Of a stretch of DNA of 64,000 nucleotides, positions 42,801 to 51,800 are shown piece after piece (the stretch's first letter is position 1; every line of letters begins with the position of its first letter). The notes under the pieces are model-generated. The model was not told where the DNA came from and did not search any database. It saw nothing but the letters and a program-made list of their open reading frames with translations. The translations under genes were made by a program, and so were the position numbers. Origin of the DNA: Verrucomicrobiia bacterium (GTDB lineage Bacteria > Verrucomicrobiota > Verrucomicrobiia > Limisphaerales > UBA1319); NCBI GenBank assembly GCA_963664225.1, contig OY760937.1:5504001-5568000 (forward strand), given 5' to 3'.

Positions 42801-45800
42801 AAAACTGGACCTGGTGGTGGCGAACTATGACGCAGGCACACTGAGCGTCCTGCGTGGCGATGGCGCGGGCAATTTCGGAACCAACACAGATTATTCAACA
42901 GGTGGCACCCAGCCGTATATCCTGACGCTGGCGGATATCAATGGAGACGGGTTTCTGGATGTCGTTGTGCCCAATTCGGGCAGCGGAAATGTGGCCGTGA
43001 TGCTGAATCTTGGTGACGGCACATTTGCGGCGCCAGTGACTTATACGACGGGTTACCGGCCATTCCAGGTTGTCGCAAAAGACTTCAATCAGGATGGTCG
43101 TCTGGATTTTGCGGCGGTTTGTTACGGAAACGCGTACGTCAGCCTGTATCTGGGCAACGATACGGAATATCTGGCGGAGGATCCGACAGGCAGCGGCATT
43201 CGCACCTCGGCAAGCCGGGGCCGGATGACGACATCAACGGATGCGGATTACTGGAGTTTTACGGGGAAGGCTGGAGACTGGCTGATAGTGGCGGTGGACA
43301 CCCCGGGAACTCCCGCAGGAAGCGCGTTGGATTTTCGCGTGGACGGCCCCAATGGAGCCAATGTCACGGATTTTCAAGGCGGGTATTATGGTTATGGCCA
43401 GTGCGCCCCGGTTCAATTGCCGTTCACCGGCACTTATACCATTCTGGTAAAGAAGTATTACGATTACCAGGGTGAGTACCGAATGCGGGTCACAACGGCG
43501 CCGTCCAGTTATCAACTCGAGCAGGAAGATAATAGCGCCATCAACCGCGCGAATACATTAAATCTTGCCGCCGCCAATCAGCATCGCGCTGCAAATGTGC
43601 TGGGATATATTGGAACGGGGGATGACAGCGGAGACTATTATTCGCTGGGCAATTTAGGCGCCGGAACCACGATTACGCTGAAGACACAACGACCGCTGAC
43701 CAGCGGATTGTGGCCCGCCATGGCCATTTATAAAACAGGTGGAACGCCTGTCACCAACAGCGTTGGTGGCATCACGAATCTCAGTTACACCATTCCCAGC
43801 GGAGGGGATGGGGCTTATTACATTGGTGTGGCCAAGTCCGATTTCGGTCCCCGTGCGGGTCTCAGGCTGGATGGTTCGCAGGCGGTTGGATATGGTTCCT
43901 GGCTTACGAATCAAGCGTTCTCGGTTTCCATGTGGATCAAGCCGGACGCCTCGCAGACCAGTTACGCCGACATCATGGACAACAACCATCGTGGTGGTGT
44001 GAACTGGGTTATTCAGCAGGATGGTGGAAACGTAAACTCGTATAGTTTTGGTGTGGCCGATGGAGGTTTGCCCCCCACGTTTTATATCACGCCCGGGAAC
44101 TGGCATCACCTGATGGTGAGCAGGGATGCCGCGCGGTTGGATCGCGTGTATCTGGATGGGCAGGTTGTAAGTTCGACGACCGGTACAGGCGATATCAATT
44201 ACGATGGCAATCAATTCCTGCGATCCGGGCGGTGGGGAGGCGGCGGAAGAAATTGGAATGGCGTCATCGACGAGGTGCATATCTGGGATCATGCCCTGAC
44301 GGCACTTGAACTGCAGAGGGACATCGGATACGCAACCGCCCCTGGCGATGCGGGGATCATTGGTTTTTGGAAATTCAACGAGGGCAGCGGAAGCGTGGTC
44401 AAGGATTACAGTGCGTTTGCCCGCGACGGCGCCATTGAAGGGACTCCTCAATGGGGTTCGTTTGCCGAGCAACCATACGATCCTCTGTTTGCGCAATACA
44501 TTCTCAAGGTGGATTTGTCAGACACATTGCCGCCCGTAATCACCTCCGTCAGTTTGCCGGATGAAGGCAGCACAAATTCCGCGATCCTTGACACCTTCAC
44601 AGTGGCCTTTTCCAAGGACATGCTCGCCTCGACCGTCACGGACCCAGGTTCCTATGAATTCCGCGGGGCCGGGGACGATGGGATTCTGGGGACTGGCGAC
44701 GATATACTCTACACCATCCAGTGCGACGGTTATGGCAGCGGGTTGTCCGCGGCGTATCACATAATGGATGGTCCATTGCAGCCGGGATTGAATCAGCTGA
44801 CGATTTCAACCGCCATGAAGGACCGTTCCGGGAATCCAATCGCGGCACCGTTTATCAGGACATTTGCGATCGGTTCCATCGGCGGATTCGCCTTTGAGAC
44901 CCGCAACAATAACACTGCTGCAACCGCAACCCCGATCACATTGATCGAGGATCCGACCGGATTCAAGTCGGGCGGCGGCCGGGGAAATCTCTCCAGCGCC
45001 TCGGATGTCGATTTTTGGAAATTCGATGGGCACACGAATGAATCCGTGGTTTTGAGCGTGGAGATTCCCGATCATCCCGGAGGCAGTCAATTACATTACC
45101 AGATCTTTGCCCCGAACGGCAACAATCTCGCTGATTTCACCAGCGACTATTATGGGTCTGGGTTGAGCAGTGTGCTGTTGCTGCCAACCAATGGTGTTTA
45201 TACCATCAGGGTGGAACATTATTATAATTATTTTTACGAGTATAGAATTCGACTGGGCGTGGCGGTTCCGCCGATGCAAATGGAAGCCGAAGGGAACGAC
45301 GATATCGCGCATGCCAATGCCATCGCCCTGGCGCCCGGAGGTCAGGGCCGATATGGGAGCATGGCTGGCTGCATCAGAACCAGCGGGGATTTGGATTATT
45401 ACAGCATTGCAGGAATCACGAATGGCTCGACGGTTTTCGTCAGCGTGCGCCTGCCATCCACCAGCCGGTTGTCGCCGGTGGTGAGTCTTTACGACAAGAA
45501 TAATCAATACCTTGCGGAAGCGCCAGGCGGGCGTCCCAACGATGGGGTGGCGCAGGTTCGCATCACACAGGACGGCGCCTATTATGCGGTTGTACGCGGA
45601 TCCGAAGGCGTGGGAGGAATCACCGAGCAATACGTGGTCGATTTCCAGGTGATCCCTTCGGGAAATGTGAATTTCCCCAATCTACAGGTCACGAGCCTCA
45701 TACCTCCAACGGGGCTCATCACGAGCGGGGGGTCGATCAGTTTCGGTTTCTCCGTGACCAATATTGGCAGCGTGGCCACACCCGCAGCCGCGTGGTCGGA

Positions 45801-48800
45801 TCGGGCGGTGCTTTCACAGAACATCATACTTGGTGACGAGGACGATATTTCGCTGGGCGTGTTTCCTCATGCCGGGGCATTGGCTCCCGGAGCGGGTTAT
45901 ACGGTGACGCGCACCGCACAAATCCCGGATGGAGTCAGCGGGCCGTATTATTTGATTGTGCAGACGGACGTTGGGAACGCGGTCAATGAATTCCTGTTTG
46001 AGGCGGATAACACAACGGTATCAGACCACACTTTCAACATCACACTGGCTGATTATGTCGATTTGAAAGTGGAGGATCTCAATGTGGCGGGGCCTGACAA
46101 TGCGGGCAGCTACACCATCACATGGAAGACCGCGAATCGCGGAAAGGCTGACTCGACGCAGAATTTCTATGAGCGGATACTGGTCAAGAACCTGACCTCA
46201 GGCGAGGTGCTGCTGGATCAGGAAGCCTTGACGACCAATGCGCTGCCCGTGAACAGCACGCTGGCACGCACGAATTCAGTGAAGACCTCGACGGCTGGAA
46301 ACTACCTTGTCAGAGTGACCACGGACTCGCGGAATAATATTTACGAATATGACGCCACCAGCCACGCGAACGCCGAGCGGAACAGCGTGGATGGTGCCTT
46401 CCAGATCACGCAAATCTACAATATCGCAGCGGGGGCGAATCCCGCAGGGGCGGGAACCATCACCGGCGCCGGGCAGTATGTCATCGGTTCCGTGGCCGAA
46501 TTGACCGCAATACCGGTCACGACGGATAAACCGTATTCCTTCCTGAACTGGACGGAGAACGGAACATTCCAAACCGCCAGCAATACATATCGGTTCAGCG
46601 TAACAAGGGACCGGCAGTTGACGGCGAATTTCGCGTTGCCGGTATTCCAGATCGCAGCCGTCAGCGTGCCTGCGGTCGGCGGGACGGTGACCGGAGCCGG
46701 GACGTACGCCTATGGAGTCACGAACACACTCAAGGCCATCGCCAACGATGGCTATCGGTTTACGAATTGGGTGGAAAACGGGTCTGCGATCAGCACCCAA
46801 ACCAGCCTGACATTTGGAGTGTACACCAACCGTGCGTTAATCGCGCGGTTTGTGGAGGCGAACGTGTTCCATGTGGTCACCACGGCCACGCTGCCGGCGG
46901 GAGTCGCGGCGGTGAGCGGCGCGGGCACCTACAACAACGGCCAGACGGTTTCGATTGTGGCGCCGGCCGCCGTAACGAATGGGCCGATGGCCTATACCTT
47001 CAAACGATTTACACAGAACGGGAATCCGTTCGGAAATGCGCCGTCGATTTCCAAGACGTTTTCAACGCTGGATTCGACGAACATCGCCATTGTCGCGGAA
47101 TACGATGGACGCAGCATTTTGCCGGTGGTGGTCAATGTTTCGGTGAATTACACCAATCCGGTTCCATTGACGACCAACTACGTGCTGACCTTCCAGTTCG
47201 ACCGGTCCATGCGAGGGACACCGGAACCCCAGATTGTGCTGACCAATGCGCAATCGGCGGTTCAACCCGTGGTCGCCAGCGGCGGCCAATGGAGCACGAC
47301 GGCTTCCAACAATGACACCTATTCCACGCCGCCCATTGTCTTGACGACCGGGATGGATGGCACGAACCAGGTTTGGATTTCCAAGGCGCAGGATTTATCA
47401 GGCCTGACGCTGGATCGAACGAACGTCTATGCCGCAATGGTGGATGCGACTCCTCCGGTCCAGCCGGTTTTCAGTCTCGTTTCCTCGAATGCCAGTTCCG
47501 TGGTGCTGGGCTGGTCCGGATATGCGGCTCCACAGGACCTGGCGGGATTCAGAGTTTATTTGGTGCAAACCAATTTCACGACATTGGCGGGTCTTTCCCC
47601 GATTACGGGACTGGCCCCAAGCGCGCGGAACTTCCAGGTTTCAAACCTCAGTCTCGACACCGATTATTATATTGCGGTCATCGCATCGGACATCGCCGGC
47701 AATAGCGCTGGCACTGTGACGCCGCTCAAGATCAAGCTGCCGACCACACTGCCTCCGAAAGTGACGATTGATGTGGCTGCCGTGGGTCCGAACTCGGCCC
47801 GCATTTCCTGGACTGGATATGACACCAGCGCCTTGTTTGGCTTCTCCGGATTCAGGCTCTACATGAAGGATTCACCGTTCGCGATTGTGAACGGAATGAC
47901 GCCCAGCGCGTCGTTCGATGCGCAAACGCGGCAAGCCCAAGTCGATGCCCTGGATCGATCGAAGAAATACTATTTTGCCGTGGTGGGTGTGAATGCAACG
48001 AACGGGTTTATTCCCGTGGTGACCACGCGGCAATGGTCGGATCCGTATGCGGGGAATATCGCCGCCAATCTGACCATCGGTGGAATCGATCAAACGGTGG
48101 ATATTTATCAAACCATGGTGGTGACCAACGGGGTGACATTGACGATCAACGCCGGAACAACACTTCGATTTGCGCCTGGATCGGGCATTGTCGTCGATCA
48201 GGGTTTGATCATGGCCCAGGGGACAGCCCTTGATCCCATTGTGTTGACCTCGTCTTCAGACACCAATGGCGGAAGCCCGGCCGCAGGGGATTGGGCCGGA
48301 TTGGTTGTCAGGGGCAACGCAGCCAATGCCTCCAAATTAACGCAGGTATGGGTCAAATACGGGCAGGGTTTGGTTTTGGACAATGCGACTCCGGTGGTCG
48401 ATGCCTTCTCGGCGGTTTACAATGCTCCGTCGGGACTTCGACTCACGAATGGGGCTGCGTTAACGACCAAAGATGCGTTGATCAGCTTGAACCAGGTTGG
48501 TGCGATGCAATCCGACACGTCGCGATTGATGGTTTGGAATTCGGTCATCAAGAACAACGCCACCAATGCCTGGGCTCGGGGAAGTCTTGGCCTTGTGGCC
48601 ACACAAAACTGGTGGGGCACGCCGCTGCAAGCGGACGTGGTGTCACGATTGACGGGAAATGTCGATGCGAGAGGGTTCCTGGAATCTGAACCGTTGCTGA
48701 CTCCCGCGGCGGGTATTGTGGGAGGATTGACGAGAGTGAGCAGCCAATCGTTGGAGCTGAAATTCGCATGTCGCACAGCGGAATCGATGCGGGCGAGTGA

Positions 48801-51800
48801 AGATTCGGCATTCAAAGGCACGTTTTTTGCGCCCTTTGCGTCACGACAGATCTTCCAGCTTTCTGACGGAGGAGGGCACAAGAGCATTTTTGTCCAATTT
48901 CGCAGCACAACAGGCGACACCAACACACCGCTATTATTGCAGGTGGAATATGTCACCTCCGGCCCGCAAATCATTAACTTCAACCTTGCCGAAGGCCAGG
49001 TCATCAGCCGACCGCTACTGGTTACCGGCATTGCGACAGCGGTGTTGGGAATCCAGAGCGTGGAATTCTACGCCGACAACGTTCTTGCCGACAGCGTCAC
49101 CACTGGAATTTATTCCCGGAGATGGGACATGCGAACGCTGAGTCCGGGAATTCATCGCGTCAAATTGCTGGCACGTGACAAAGGCGGAAGCATTGCGACG
49201 GAAGAGCGCAATGTGACGATCAATCCCACACCCGCACCCGCACCGTTCATCGTCACGCCCGCTAGCGACGGCATTCAGGCTCAAACCACTGTGTCCGTTG
49301 CGGGAACAGCGGAACCGAATATTGGATTGCGGCTGACAGACAATGGAACACTTTTGGCCACGTCCGTGGCGGATGCCACTGGTGGATTCAAGTTCGATAA
49401 TATGGTTTTGGTGGAAGGGGCCAATGAACTTGTCGTGATCGCATACGATGACATTGGAAGCAGTCGCTCCATCACCAGAAGAATCGTGCTGGATACGGGT
49501 GCGCCATCGGCCGTCGTTCTGGATGCGCCCATCTACGTTCCCAACTTCGGAGTCAACCTGAGCTGGAATTATGCAAAGGTGGGAGAAAGGCCTTCGAAAT
49601 TCCAGGTGTTCTGGGCGAAGACGCCGTTTATCTCCACAAATCAGGCCATAGGAAAGAGCCTGGTCCTCAGCCTAACAACCTATGCGGTGCAGGGATTGGC
49701 GGATGGGACTTATTACTTTGGGGTTTTGGGCTACGATGACGCTGGGAATCACAGCCCGATGTCGAGCCTGGTATCGCTTAAATACGATGCCACGGCACCG
49801 TCATTCAATATCAGTTACGACAAGTCGCCACCTGTTGGCGTTGGTCCGGTCCAGGTCACATTGACTGCAAGCGAGCCGCTCACTGGAACACCCGGCCTGA
49901 CACTGAAACCGGCGAATTCCACGCCCATATCGCTGAACCTGACCAATGTTTCGGCATCCAGCTATGTGACGGCGATCGTTATTTCCAATACGACGCTTTC
50001 AGGTCTTGCAATTTGGAATGTGAGCGGACAGGACGTTTCAGGAAATGTCTTTAACGGCGCACCGGCCGGACAACCGTTTAACATCGATGTGATCCAGCCA
50101 GTGGGATCCATCGCCACATTGCCGGCCAGTCCGGTTCAGACCCTTGTTCCGACCAACGTGAGTGTCAATCTGACCTTGAGCAAGCCGGCCAAGACCGGAA
50201 CGCCGCCGATCATCAAGTTCACTCCGCCAATCGGGGCCGAGGTGGGTGTCACCATGAGCGGAACGGGGACCAACTGGGTTGGATTGCTGCCATTGCAAAC
50301 CTCCATGGGTTCGGGTTTCGGACAATTCGCGATGACCGCCGTGGATGCGCTGGATAACACCGGCACCAATATCACCTCTGGCGCGGTGCTTGAAATCTAC
50401 AATACCGCGCTGCCATCGGCTCCTGAGACACCCACCAACTTTGTCGCCCGGACAATCGTCGGGGGACTGGTTCGATTGACATGGAATGCGGTGACGAACG
50501 CCGATATTTACCGGCTGTATCGAGAGCCGGGTTCCAACACGACCGCGCCCACGGCGCTGGTTGCGGACAATCTTTCGACCAACGGTCTGGATGATTTGCC
50601 GTCAGCCGACGGGCGTTACACCTACGCGGTGACGGCGTCGCGGCGTGGTTCCGAGAGCAACCCATCCAAGATCGTCGTTGGAGTGTCGGACAGGACTCCT
50701 CCCGGGGCTCCCACGAATGTGGCGGCGGAATTGGCCAGTTCAGGCGTGCAGATCAGTTGGCGGCCGCCTGCGGGTGAAAAGCCATTCAAATATCTGGTCT
50801 ATCGCAATGGGGTTCTGATTGGAAGCACCAGCACGGGGACCAACCTGGTCGATGCGCCGCCTCGAGGCGTGGCGAGCTATACCGTAAGTTCGGCGGATGT
50901 TACGGGCAACGAGAATTTGAGCACGCCGGCCACGATTGACATGCTGGTGGGGGCAGTGGAGCACCTGGCGGTTCTGGTCAATTCAGGCCAGGCGCCTGTG
51001 CTTTCCTGGACATCCAGCGACACGACGGCGATCGGTTTCAATGTCTATCGGAATGGGATCAAGCAAAATGCAAGCGCGCTGACGGTGGCCAGCTACACGG
51101 ACAATCTGCCGGTTGGCAACGATGCCATCGAATACGTGGTGCGGGCCGTTAATGCAAAGAGTGAAGAAAGCGCGCCGCGCGTGGTGAAGATCTATTCAGT
51201 GACGCTGGACTTGCTGGCGAATGCCGGTGGCGACACTGTCAGCAAGCCATTGGTGACCCGATATTTTGATAATTATCGGGTATCCGTGACGAATCTGACC
51301 GTCAACAACGTGTTTCCGCTGGAGACGGTGGAGTTGCGCCGTGTGGCTGGTGGTGGGGTCACAACGACACAAACCATTCCGGTCGGCCAGTCAGTGGCTT
51401 CCGGCAATTGGTATAATCGGGATGTGGTGTTTGCCAGTGCCACGACGGTCGATGCGCAATCCATGAGAATGCGCGTCATCCAATCGAGCGACCTGGGTGG
51501 CAGCTCGGTGATTTACCAGCGCACCTTCGATTTTGCCAGCGTGCTCGAACCGAGTCTCATGATGAGCCTTTCCGCGAGTCAACCGCCGCTGGCGGGCGGA
51601 CTGACGGATTTCGACGTGCGGCTGTATAACCGCGGCTATGCGGACATCAATGTGATTGTGGTGCGCGAAAACGGGGCGGCTCCCGGGGATGTTTATGTGG
51701 CGGTCAAGAATGCCCTGGGCCAGGAAGTGAGCCGAACGGCCTATCGTGGAACGCCCAAGGGGACCTTCTTCATGAACGATGGACGGGGTTATGTCCGGGT

